From Raillietiella orientalis (Eukaryota): 64,000 nucleotides of DNA. The notes under the pieces are model-generated. The model was not told where the DNA came from, did no database searches, and worked only from the letters and a program-made list of their open reading frames with translations. Position numbers and translations under genes: made by a program. Shown in pieces: positions 47,601-59,117 of the stretch (its first letter is position 1; every line of letters begins with the position of its first letter). The DNA lies in the NCBI GenBank assembly GCA_036172245.1, contig JAYWIR010000056.1:620001-684000 (forward strand), given 5' to 3'.

Positions 47601-50600
47601 AAAAAAAGGCGAGAGAGAGAGAGAAACATAACGCACACGAAGAACAGCGGGCCGCGCGCTTCGCTCGCTGGTGGATGCGGATGGGGCGGGGGGGGGGGGC
47701 AAGTAAACGCCCCGCTCTCCGCGGACCGAGAAGCGCCGACGTGGTCGCCGTTCCCACGGAAACGGAAGTGCCGGAAACTGCGCACGGAGAGCACTCGCTT
47801 CGTCGAGGGGAGGGCGTCGAGCGCACCTCGCCCCCAGCCAGCACAGGCGGCGACCTCAAGCGAAGAGCGCGAATCCCCCCCTCCGTTCCCTCTTCCGCTG
47901 TCCCGGAGGTTCCTTCCGCGCGCGTCCTTCCCCCCCTCTTTCGCGTGGGTCGAGCTCACTTTTTATGGCACCAGCAGCTCGCGAACGGAATGGCTCTCGC
48001 CGCGGGCACGACACGATCGCCATGGCGACGACGACGACGACGACGATGCTAGGCGTAATCCGGGCGAACCCTCCCCCGCCGCCATCTCACGGGCGGCAAC
48101 CGTGGCCACGGCAACAACCCTAAGGTGGCGCCGCGCAGCAGACTGTCCAACTGGCGAACGCAACACCAAAATAGGGGTGGGAGGGTGCGGCGCCGCGGGA
48201 GACATCCCCCGCCCGCCCCTCTGCATCCTTTCGAATACCCTGCCGGAGCAGCTGCTGGAGCTAACAGCTCGTTCCACTCACCTTCGGCGTGTCTTGACGT
48301 TGGATCTTTGGGGTATTTCGTAAAGTTCACTGGCAACGCAGTCACATCACTATCACTTTCCAATTGGGAAGCTGGAGAAATGCAAGTTATTACGGAAGGT
48401 CTGGGCGAAACACCGTCGCACTCTTTGCACCACTCGGACACGGGGTATCTGTTGATGGTCATGTCCAGAGGGCTCTCCATGACCGTCTCGCTTTCAGGCG
48501 TCTCTTCGTCGGAAAAGGAGCATTTTCTGAAAGACAGAGGGCGCGCCTGGCGCTGGCACCGGACGCCCTCCGGACAGCCCGTGCACATACATGATGGTGG
48601 TGCTTTTGCCGCAGCGCACCTGGGCGGGCTGGGCGAACCTGTCGCGCCACCTCTGCTCCTTCTTCCACTTCGTGGGCAGCTCTTTCGGCTTGCACGTGGA
48701 CCCGTCGCCCTTGGTGGTATCCGGCAAGGCGACAGCAGGTTCTTCTGGAAGCGCAACAACGTTTTTCAGTGTCCCCAAAATGACAGGCATGCAGAAGGGA
48801 CGAACGCGTTCCCGCCTATCCAACGGTCCAGATCGTGCACGAAGATCTGCCGGAACCACGCGCACACGTGCGGGAGGCGCAAGGGTGGAGGGGCGGGGGG
48901 GGGGGAGGGATGCACTTGGCAACAACACGCCGCCAACCAACCAGTCTCGCACACGAAGTGAGAAGGGAATCACACGCCGGAAATCTCTTCCCCCCTATTT
49001 CGGAACACGCACAGGGATGAGTAGGCCGGACAAAGCAACGACAAAAAAAAAAAAAAACAAGGCTTGCCTTTCCCTCTTTGTTTTCTGAGGAAAAAATCCC
49101 CCCCCCCCGTCTCTCTCTCCGTGGGAAAAGAAAGGAGCCGTCGCGGGGGATTCGAGCACACCTCGCAGGGCGCACGCTACACCCGCACGTGGACGAAGAC
49201 CACTTACCGTTCGCTTCCCAAGGTTGCCAAACTTTCGGAGGAACAGACGTTTTACCTGACATGCCACTGGAAATCTTCATTTAACATCCGACAAAACTCC
49301 ATCCACTTTTCGTTAAAATAGAAAAGGGGGGGAGGAACGGAGCGGATGCGGGAGAGAGAAGGGGGGGGGCGGCGGGAAGAGAGGAGGGAGGGGGGGGGAG
49401 GGAAGGGAAGGGGAAAAAACGAGCGAGCGGGCGCGCATGTGCCTTCCTCCGAACCCCCGGCCTACGCACTCGTCTTGATACGGATCGCAATGATACTAAG
49501 TTTCCTCTGTTCCTCAAGATTGTTCATTGGTCGCGGCGGATACCGTAAGAACCAATGGGTACGGCCCACCATCCAATTGTTACGACTCGGGTCGTCCGTT
49601 AGGACAATAAAAGATGCAAATCGTCGGCGTGGACGCTGCGCGCGATCGCCGCGCGCCCCTCTGGACGCCTGGGAACGCACGCCGACGACCATAATACATC
49701 GTATTATTACTATTACTATCATTATTAGGGAACTTCCCCTCCCCCCCCGAAAAAAAACAAAAACAAAAAAAAAAAAACACGATCAGTCGAGTGCGCTGAA
49801 TTTTACTCTGAAGCAGCTGAAGCGCCGGACTCATCCGTGTGCATGTCGTCTGGGGATTTACGGTGCAGCCAACGACCCTCCCTCCACGGGGGACGGCGCT
49901 CCCACGCAATTTCCACGCTCAGGAAGCTGCGATCCGGGGGACCGCGACGCTTCCGACCGCGATCGCGCGCGTCCCCACGCGCAAAGGGGGTGCCCCCCCC
50001 CCCCCCCCGAGTAGGCTCTCGTCGATCCTCTCGCCCCTTCCGCACGACCCTCGGGCAGGGACGGTTCGCCGCGGAAGCTGCGGACGCGCTGCACGGGAGG
50101 GATAGGGGGCCGCGTACCGGTCAGAAGACGCCACAGCAGCAGCAGCATCCCTCCCCCCCCCCCCCCCAAGCGCGCGGTGGGGGGGGGGGTGAAGGTCTGG
50201 GCGACCCAGCCGCCTGCCACGCCAAGTGGAGGTGGTGGGGGATGCCTCGGGTGGTGGCAAGCGCACCCGGGTGCGCGCGTATTTGGGGGTTCCGGTGACG
50301 GGAATGTGTGCACGTGCCTCGGCGGGGGACAGCACACGCGCGCTTCGCTCGGCAGGGCGGACAATGGAACACGCGACACCCGCACAATGCGATCCGTGAC
50401 GAGGGGGCATCCAGCGCGAGATGCTTCGGAGAAGGAAGACACCTCCGTGTGAAGAAGCTGCTGCGGAACCGAGCAACCCTTCTCTCTCTCTCTCTCTCTC
50501 TCTCTCCCCCCCCCCCCCACGAAATCTCAAAAAAAAAAAACAAAGAAATCGCACGGCAAGCGAACCCGTGAGCGTCTTGCGGAAACCCGCAAAGTCGAGT

Positions 50601-52453
50601 TGAATTTTCGGACGGGAGAGGTCAGTGTGCTCCGTGCACAAAGAACCCCTTGCGCGCGCGCGCACGGCGGATTCCGACCGGATTCCGGAACGCTCTTGCA
50701 GTGTTCCCACCTCCTTTCCCGTCTGATCGGATTCGTGGCGATCCCGAACCTCAACTAGTGGTTACTCGGTCATCGCGGAGACAAAAGTGTTCGCTGCATG
50801 AACCGTGCACAAGTACCGATTGCGACGCCGGGCAGGAAGCAATTTTTCCATGAGGTAATCTGGGGAATCGAATGGAGATCGATGTTCGATTCGAACGCAC
50901 ATTACATCTTCCCTTTGAAATCTGATACATATACATATGTGTATGCATACGCTGGAAGAGCGCTTTTCAAATGAAAAAGTGCCTCCTTGTTTCATCGATG
51001 AACCAGCTATCGAATTCTTATCGAAGGTTCAAGTACTGGGGTGGGATTCCAGTACTTCATCACGAGCTGAATCTTGGGGGAGGAGAGAAGCTTGAAGCCA
51101 GATTAATAAAAGCATGACAAGAGTGGAGGGGGGAAAAACGCTGACAAAATGCGATGTCAGAAGCTCCGGAAGGCGCGCCCGGGGGTATTTATATACCTCG
51201 CTTACGAGCAACAGCACATAAAGATATAATCACTGAGCTTCCCCCGCTCCCTCACGATATGCATGGCAACAAAACTTGCACTTCGGTAAAAGAAATTACC
51301 ATCTCGCCATACATACATACATATATATATATACTAATCATCATCATCTGTGGAACCAGTGAATTGGGATGAGCGCAACCAGACTCGAGAGAGCATCCGA
51401 GATTTCCGCGCTGCAACTACTTCTACCCTAAGGGACAAGCACCCGTTCGCCATTTAGGTGCTTTTATGGTAGGCTGCCGGCACCTGCCCGCTACCATCCT
51501 CAACACAGAATCGGAGGACGGACACGACGGGATTACAGAAGAAGGAAAGGCTTTCGCGAGCCGAACGGCAGTTATCCGCGGCGTCCGTGTCCCTCGGTTT
51601 CTTCCTGGATGACACACCGACATCCTCTTTGGCATTCTTTTATTTTTCGCCTCCCCGCCTTCGTTCACCTTCAGACGCGTCGATTGCTTGCCAGGTCCTT
51701 GTCGGAAATTTATCACGAGTGCGCGCGCGCCCGCGCGCTGGTGGCAACACTGCCTCTCCGCGAACCACGTCTGGCATTCCCTGTGAAACGTTGTGGAAAA
51801 TGAAACACCCACGCACGCAGATTCGTAAGCACAGGCGAGAACGGCTCAGGCAGATAACGAGTTTTTTACCTTCTTTTTTTTTTTTCCCCCTCCCTCCCTC
51901 TCTCTCTCTCTCCCCGCGACGCACATCTTTTTCTCCCGCATGGCGACGCGCACCCTTGCTTGCGGAAGGGCGTTCGCCCAGGACATGGCGCCACACGCAC
52001 ACAGAGAGACGAACGAGGCTACGAAAACGCACGAATTCACAGATAAAAATCTGCAACACGAAAGCACTTCTTGGCCGCGCTGGTGACCTTTGGAAAAGCT
52101 CGAGTCCCTTACGCCCACGGCTTTCCGCTCTCCAGCCACGTTGCCATGACAAAGGGGGCTTCCCGAAACAGCGCGTCCAGCATCCGCGCCCGGATTCCCG
52201 CCCAACCCACGATGTTTCGAATTTCGTACCCCGCGCTTTCCTCGATCCCCACTCGGCAAACACCGAACCACTCAACACTATTTACCTCTCATGTATTGAA
52301 CTGTATCGAAATCCTCGACCATCGAAGCCACCCTTGACAGAACTTCAAGAGGCGTTTCTTCTGGATCCATTCACAACAGATACGAATCCACGACCAGTTC
52401 GCGGCTAGCACACAACGAACTCACACCAGTGGGATATCACTGCGAGGGTACAT
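44675..52453 (-). CDS. VGLL4: Vestigial-like 4 / Tgi (Tondu-domain TEAD cofactor), ~244 aa
   Basis: Coding exons 52453-52425 (tentative), 49266-49208, 48744-48591, 48526-48282, 44974-44873 and 44820-44675 are all GT-AG and phase-consistent. Two Tondu motifs (DPVIDEHFRRSLGKDY, VDDHFLKALGPTWIRLQ) plus KELPTKWKKE, ESPLDMT and RPSVITC. The start is uncertain (alternative in-frame ATG at 49280). Confidence 0.9.
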
Positions 52454-52662
52454 CGATGGAGGAGAGGCACTGCTCGGGAAACAACAGCAACAACAACAAA
52501 AAGGAACGGCAACAACTTCGGGATCGAAAGGTCGGATCCGAAGGCTTTTTTCCCGCCGACTGAAGACCAGCTCGCGACGGCTTCGCCGGGCCTTCTTCTC
52601 CTCCCAACCTGGAAAAGACAGACCGTCGAAGGCTCGGCAAAGATCCCGTGCGCAATCAATAC

Positions 52663-52677
52663 GGAATGCGAGGAATG
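52663..52677. promoter_or_regulatory. Tandem TEAD/Scalloped site (GGAATG-nnn-GGAATG)
   Basis: GGAATG CGA GGAATG with the 3-bp spacer typical of cooperative TEAD doublets, located at the 5' end of a TEAD-cofactor gene. Confidence 0.6.
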
Positions 52678-52787
52678 CAGTTCATTGCACACAGCTGTAC
52701 GAAAGTCGGCCCGCGTCGCTCCCGAGGCCGCAGCTTCGCTTTCACGCATATTGGAAAACAACGAACTGGGATGGGCCTCGGCGGGGC

Positions 52788-52829
52788 CGCGGCGGCCGTG
52801 TTCCGCAGCTGCGGAACACGGCCGCCGCG
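52788..52829. repeat. Perfect 42-bp palindrome centred on CAGCTG
   Basis: CGCGGCGGCCGTGTTCCGCAG|CTGCGGAACACGGCCGCCGCG; 21 of 21 pairs checked base by base, no spacer. Confidence 0.97.
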
Positions 52830-53104
52830 CGCGCCGACGTGTACACGCGCGAACCAATACGCACGCGGGCGGCAGCGGAGACGTGTACGGCGAAGGCGTG
52901 TACCGTACTTCGCTTCGCTGACGCGCTGCTGCTCCGTTGCGGACGGCGCGCGCCCGCAGGGGTGGACCGCCGCCGCCGCTCGGCGCCCGGGGAAACGCTC
53001 CGATTGCCCGATTTTCGGAGCCAGCAAGGAATCCCTGGTATCCAGCGATCTGGCGCGAAGCGTCGAAACCTCTCGTTGCCTGGGAGATTCCAGCTCGTCG
53101 CGGA

Positions 53105-53127
53105 GCGCGCGCGCGCGCGCGCGCGCG
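53105..53127. repeat. (GC)11 alternating tract, Z-DNA-prone
   Basis: An uninterrupted GCGCGC run within the CpG-dense region upstream of VGLL4. Confidence 0.9.
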
Positions 53128-56100
53128 AGCGCGCTGGGCTCGCCCCCTCCGTACGAAACGGAAAGCACCCGACGGGGGAAGCGGGGCGATGAGACGAGGG
53201 AACCCATTTTCCCCTCTTTTTTCGCTGCACGCAGGGAAGCCGAGTGGGCGATCCGCGGCTCCCCTTCGAGCAGGAGGGAGCGCGACGGCGTTCCGTCGAG
53301 TGCCTGCCGCAGAACGCCCTGGAGAGGGAACCGCCACCTCCTTTCCCTTGGGAAAGGAAGGAACAAAGGAGGGGGGCGGGGGAGGGGGAACACCCCTGCG
53401 CAGAATGGTTGCTCGTTTTGTTTCGATGCGCCGAGCGCCGCGAGACGCGGCTCGCCCACAGGTTGGCTGGGAAGCTCCTTCCTGGACTTGCGTGTGCCCC
53501 CTTGGTGGGCTCGGAGGAAGTGTGGCGCCCCGAAAGATATCAGTTGGGATTACCGAATCGCGCCGTTTTTCGGTTCGAAGTGGTCAAAGGCGAAAACGGG
53601 GTCGAAGGATCAGCGTCACGGCGCCTGCCAAGCTACATCCTCATCGCCGGACCACTCGCGATACCGCCGGGCGCGCGTCCACCCGCGCGTCCGCAACCAC
53701 TTAGTGGGCCCTCGTACGAGGAAGGACCAGCAGCGCAAAAGCACTCGTCATCCACCATCAGCTTCCTCTCCGAACCCGGGGTCCAGCCGACGACTTTACC
53801 CATGAAAAGTGCCGACAAGACAGATGCAGAATCGTCCCGGACTCGCTGCTTCCCCCCAAAGGCGAGTCGAGCGAACTTAAAAGTAGGGGGGAGAGGGGGA
53901 GGAATGCCTTTGACTCAAGGATTTTTAATAAATCGATAAGGGCACGAACGCTCAAGCGCAAGATTGATCGCGTTTGATCAATCGATTCACAGCTCAACCA
54001 AAAGGAGAAAAGGTGCGTTTTCTTCTGGACGCCAGTGGGAACCACCCGAACGGAGATCGCGTAAGGCGGCGCGGGGGACGAAAGCGACCGCGGGGGTCGC
54101 GGTTTCTCTCTCCCCCGCCAGAGCCTGTCCACGGGAGGAATCCGAGGAATCTTCTGTTAGCTGTTAGCTGGGTCTGTCAGCTGATCCGTGGATGGGCTTT
54201 TTCCCCGAACGCACCCGTCGGCAATGGGCTGCCGAGCCCTTCGGAGGCCAGGGAGATGGGGGGATGGGGGGATTTTCGAAAACCCGCGGTCGGAAGGCGT
54301 CAGCACCGCTGCCAATTCGAGGCTCGGAAGACGCAGGAGAACACGCGCGTGGAAGTGCCATCCGCAACGCTGCTTCCATTAGAAACTGCTCCGTCCAGAA
54401 CACGTGCGCAGTGTTCTCTGTGAGGCAGGACTGGACCTGCAGTGACTTTCCCCTGCAGTGTTTGACACGCAGCATTGAACCCAGGTCCAAAAACGGGCTT
54501 GAAGCTGCCTCGCATCGCTTCGCCAGAAGAAGCTCATCATGGGTAATTGAAACGAATCAGCAGCGGTGTAAAATGGGCGCTAAGAGGACAGGGTGGCTGC
54601 TGCACTGCATCTTGCAAAAGGACCGGAGACCGACCACCTGCTTTCGCTACTGCCAGCTCCCTGACGGTTTCGTCTCCCGCAGTGGTAAAATTTCGCCTTT
54701 CAACGCGGACAGGGAGGCTCGAGGAGGATCATCTTCCCGGTGGCTTAGAGAGCCAGCCGATCCTGATCAAACGGAAAGAAGCGTCTCCGAGGGAGAAAAA
54801 AGGTTCGGGACGGAAAGGGCAGTCGAAGCCATCTGTCCCAGGACCCTGCTCCCGATCCCCTTGGTGGGCCCGGCGCGGGACCAACCTCCCTAAAACTTGT
54901 TCCCAGAGTGAAAGTGCACCCCGCCGGTGGAGTTGGCCAGTCGCGTTGTCCAGGAACCACCACCCTTCCCGCCAGCGAATGCTCAGGACGGTGGGTGTGG
55001 AGTGCACAGAGACGGGACGACTTGCCCTCGCCCTCTCACTCAGCCCCTGTCCCCCCCAGGACTCGAATCCCCCCATGAAAAAGTGCTCGGCTATGCGTCT
55101 GGAGAGCTGCAGCGAATGGTGGGGGAGGGGTTGGACGAAGAAACCACAAAGAAAAGAGAGCGAGAGAGAGAGAACTGACTCGGAAGCGGTCGGAAGAGGT
55201 AGCTGACTGAAAACAGGCTTGCCAGCGTTCTCTCGAGGCAGCACTTTCTGGCAGGGGAGAAGATGGTCCACTCAACGAAATGAAGGCGCGACCACGAGTG
55301 CGTGTACACACGTTCGATCACAACTTCGTGTACGGAGTGCGCTGCACGCTCCCCGACCGCGTTGCCTTGGAAGCGCGCGTTGCTCGTGCCAGGCCACGCG
55401 AGAACGTGAGAAAGGGCGTCTCTCCGGAGCTGAGATGCTGGGCTCCCGGACGGACGTCCGGCTCGACGCACTCCTTGCGAAGCGCCGGCAAAGAATCGCG
55501 TGCCGGGAGAGCAGTTTCCCCGGACACGGAAAGGCACCGAGAATAACGAAACCGACACACACGTCATTACACCGGAATAAGAAGAGGAAAAAGAAGGAAT
55601 TCTGGAATCACAACAGATTGCTTGATACGGAAAGCGAAACCACTACTCAGGGCATCAAATTGTCAGGAAATTCTTTGCGGGTAGCCGCACGGTTACCATC
55701 ATTTGATTCACGAGAGGACCTCAAGGAGTAGACACGTTGCGTTAGGAGGGTCGCACTTTAAAAATATAGGAAGAATTTCAACGGATTGAACTACGTAGTC
55801 ATAAACCGTTGCTTTGGCTTATTGTTCCGAATCCGCCACGGTTTTTGCACGTTCAAGTGCACGCTTCTTGTGAAATCATCAACCTCAAAATGGTTGCTTA
55901 GCAGCCGTTTCCTATGGTAAACGGGGCCGAACCGTGCGCGCGCGTAACTGGTGACGTTTAGCTGGTTGGTTTCCAGGAATCCTGAGATCCCGTAGCCTTC
56001 CGCAGACCAATCCTCAAGTGAAACCTTTCGTTCGAACACCAACGTGCACCTCTTGGCTAGTGTTCCCGTTTCCCTTCCGTTTCATTTTCCAGCAAGCAGC

Positions 56101-56541
56101 CAGCAAGCGTGCACCCCATCTAGCGAAGCGAAGAGAAAACGTTAGCTATTTTCAGCCATCTCGCTCTTGGCGCCACGTACCGAGTCGACAAAGGCACCTT
56201 CATTTGGCCATGGTATGCGGTCCTCAGCTTCCTTCGTTATTCAAAAAAATTGCCCTTATGTACGTGAATAAGAAAAATCCCTCATATACGTTAAAGTAAA
56301 TTGAATTTCTCCCTCAGATATTTTTTCACGTGGTTATTGGACTAATTTCATTTCACCGCAGGGGTCAAAGGAATTCCCGTCCGCCTGCTTGGATCCACTA
56401 CCAGAGGAGAGTTAAGGTTCTTCTGTGAGATGTGCACAAAGGTTTCGAGTAATCCTCTTACAAGAATGTCGATCGCACTGCGGCTGCTTTCCTCTATACC
56501 TCGCTCTCTCACCTTTCTGTGTAACATTCTTCCAAAAAAAA

Positions 56542-56601
56542 TCTCTTATCTAGTTCAAATATGCCATTTGTGGGTTTCTCTTATCTAGTTCAAATATGCC
56601 A
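56542..56601. repeat. 25-bp direct repeat with a 10-bp spacer
   Basis: TCTCTTATCTAGTTCAAATATGCCA at 56542-56566 and 56577-56601. Confidence 0.95.
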
Positions 56602-57890
56602 AGCACGTTTTAACGCATCATTTTCATTTTTTTTTTCTTCTTTCTCTTTCTCTGAGTCTTATCAAGAACAGAGGAATTTTCACACTTGGTATTTATGCAT
56701 TAAATATTAATCAGTTGCTTGTTGTTATAAGCAGAATGAGGAAAATGGCATCGTAAGTGAATGCTCTCCCTCGTAGTCCTCCGAACAGGAGGGGCGGGGG
56801 AAGGGAAGAGGGGGAAACCCACCAAATTAAAATGAAGTGCAGAAGTATGCTGGAGTAAGTTTGTAAGTAAATATTTTTCAAGAATGACATGTGTATTTAT
56901 TGAATGTCATAAACTCCGTTTAACCTTTGGCGAACAAACTGCAGTGGACCGCTGGAACCGCTGCTACACAAGTTCCAGGAAAAGCTGAATGTTTCATCGT
57001 AAACATCAACTGGAAATGAAATCATTGTTTGTTTCAAAGCTTTCCATTCGATGAAAGTCAGAATGCGAAGTGTATTTACTAGGTTTGAATGACTTCGGGG
57101 TTTGTTTAATTTATAAGTACATCTTGACGATTTGCAGTCCCAGAAAATATCAGCGACAGAAATCATAAAAGCACCAAAACATCCAATCCCTTACGCTCCA
57201 GTACTGCAAAAACAAAGCAATAAAAAAGTCAGTTCAACTTCAGATCATTTGATCTGAAATGCTGGGTACTATCTCCCACTCGATGACCACAGAATGGTGA
57301 AAAGAAACACTTGGAAGTGTATATACTATAGTACAGTACACGTTGGTATATTCGGCCAGTGCGAATCCGACTTCGTTTCAGATTTTTGAAAGAATCTCAA
57401 CTTTTGGAAATTCAATCCTTTATCAGATATACTTTTTGTTTGCTGCTTCCTTCTCGGATATCCTTCTTAACAAGTGGAAGAAATTTACGAAACGAGAGAT
57501 AAGTTTTGATTCTGAGTTTCCGGTTCCCAGATAGGAATTCAGAAAAATGTTTGCTGGAACCGGTCGTTAAATATTGTTCCTAATAAAATAATGTTATCCG
57601 TACTTCTCCTTTTCTTTCTAGCTATTTCTAACGTAATTTCCAAGGGAAGGCTTAGACTTCTGCTGCACTTTTTTTTTTGCACAATTCTGCAAGAAAATGA
57701 TTGTATAACACATATGCATCTTAATGTGGCTGCATTTAGTGTAAAGAAACAGCCTTGATGGATTTAAACAGCCCTGGAGGTTTTTCGAGAAAATGAACGT
57801 GGTATCACACACAATTATGCTTTATAATGGACATGAAGGTATTTTCGAAAATTTCGTGTGTGTACGGTTCTTATGGTTGGAAAGTTTGAG

Positions 57891-59117
57891 ATGGTTCACT
57901 CGAAAGAGTCGTGCATCTTATCAGGCTATGATGTTATTGGTTTTGATTTGGATCACTGCCTTGCAAGATACAAGCTTGGCCCCCTGAGCCGTTTAGTATA
58001 TCATGGATTAGCAAGATATTTGGTGGAACAGAAGTCATACCCGGAATCCATTTTGACGGGATTCGATGAGAATGTAAACTACATTTCGAGAGGCATAATT
58101 TATGACGCCAACAACGGCAATCTGTTGAAGCTTTCAAGCAAGGGTGAAGTACTGAAAGGATTGCATGGTTTTGAAGTGCTTAGCAATCAGCAAATCAGCA
58201 ATCTTTATTATAAAACTGGAAGTACTTATTTGCAGGAGTTTGCGGAAAACTTGGAAAATACTCAGTTCATCGAATCGTTCAAGGATTACTTTGATTATCA
58301 GTGTCCCTTGCTTATTGCAAAAATTGTGGATTCCCTAGGAAACAATAAAACTCCTGACTTCTTTGCAATCAAAGAGGATTTAATAGAAGCCTTGATGTAC
58401 ATGTATCATCCCACTAATTTACGCAATGACTGCGGTGGATACTTTCCTGCTGTCAAAAGAAATCCCGAAAAGTACCTTTATAAAGCTAGTGACAAATTTT
58501 TAAATTGGCTAAGCAAACTGAAAAGTCAAAAATGCATTTTTCTGCTAAGTTCATCATATGCAGATTATGTATCACATGTTGCAAAGTATGTTGTGGGAGA
58601 TTCCTGGCAGAGCTATTTTGATATTATCATTTGCAATGCCAAGAAGCCAAAGTTTTTTACTCATGAAAATCCCTTTTTTGGTGTTTCTGAAAATTTTCAA
58701 GAACATAAAATACATGCCAGTGACTTGAAACAAAATGGCATCTATTCTCAGGGCAACTGGAAAACACTCAATGTTTTTTTTGAAAAGATGTGCATGAAAA
58801 AGAAACCAAAGGTGCTTTACATGGGTGATAATCACTATTGTGATGTTTTTGTACCTGCAAAGTGGACAAATTGGCATCCTATAGCAGTAGTTGAAGAATT
58901 AACACATGATGCATTGGGAAGAGCAGCTGAACATCCTGAGCCTAAGTTTGTGAGATCATCACTGTGGGGTCCATATTTTCATTCAAAGTTTGATAGTGAA
59001 ACTCCTGCAAGCCACCACTTGTGGAGTGATATAATCTCCAAATATGCACAAATGGTTATCCCCAGTGTGGAGTATTTAAGTGATTTTGATATCTCAGAGA
59101 GCTTCTGTGTTACCTAG
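57891..59117 (+). CDS. NT5DC1: 5'-nucleotidase domain-containing protein 1-like (HAD superfamily), intronless
   Basis: Uninterrupted ORF with HAD motifs YDVIGFDLDHCLARY (motif I), LLSSSYADY (II), NAKKPKFF (III) and LYMGDNHYCDV (IV), plus YSQGN and W..+AVVEEL. AATAAA lies just after the stop. An alternative ATG is at 57873. Confidence 0.9.
   Translation: MVHSKESCILSGYDVIGFDLDHCLARYKLGPLSRLVYHGLARYLVEQKSYPESILTGFDENVNYISRGIIYDANNGNLLKLSSKGEVLKGLHGFEVLSNQQISNLYYKTGSTYLQEFAENLENTQFIESFKDYFDYQCPLLIAKIVDSLGNNKTPDFFAIKEDLIEALMYMYHPTNLRNDCGGYFPAVKRNPEKYLYKASDKFLNWLSKLKSQKCIFLLSSSYADYVSHVAKYVVGDSWQSYFDIIICNAKKPKFFTHENPFFGVSENFQEHKIHASDLKQNGIYSQGNWKTLNVFFEKMCMKKKPKVLYMGDNHYCDVFVPAKWTNWHPIAVVEELTHDALGRAAEHPEPKFVRSSLWGPYFHSKFDSETPASHHLWSDIISKYAQMVIPSVEYLSDFDISESFCVT

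Noticed and set aside
43866..50520. Many long poly-C/poly-G runs as G-quadruplex elements
   Set aside because: Homopolymers of all four bases are abundant throughout the window and their lengths may be sequencing-dependent; no specific signal.
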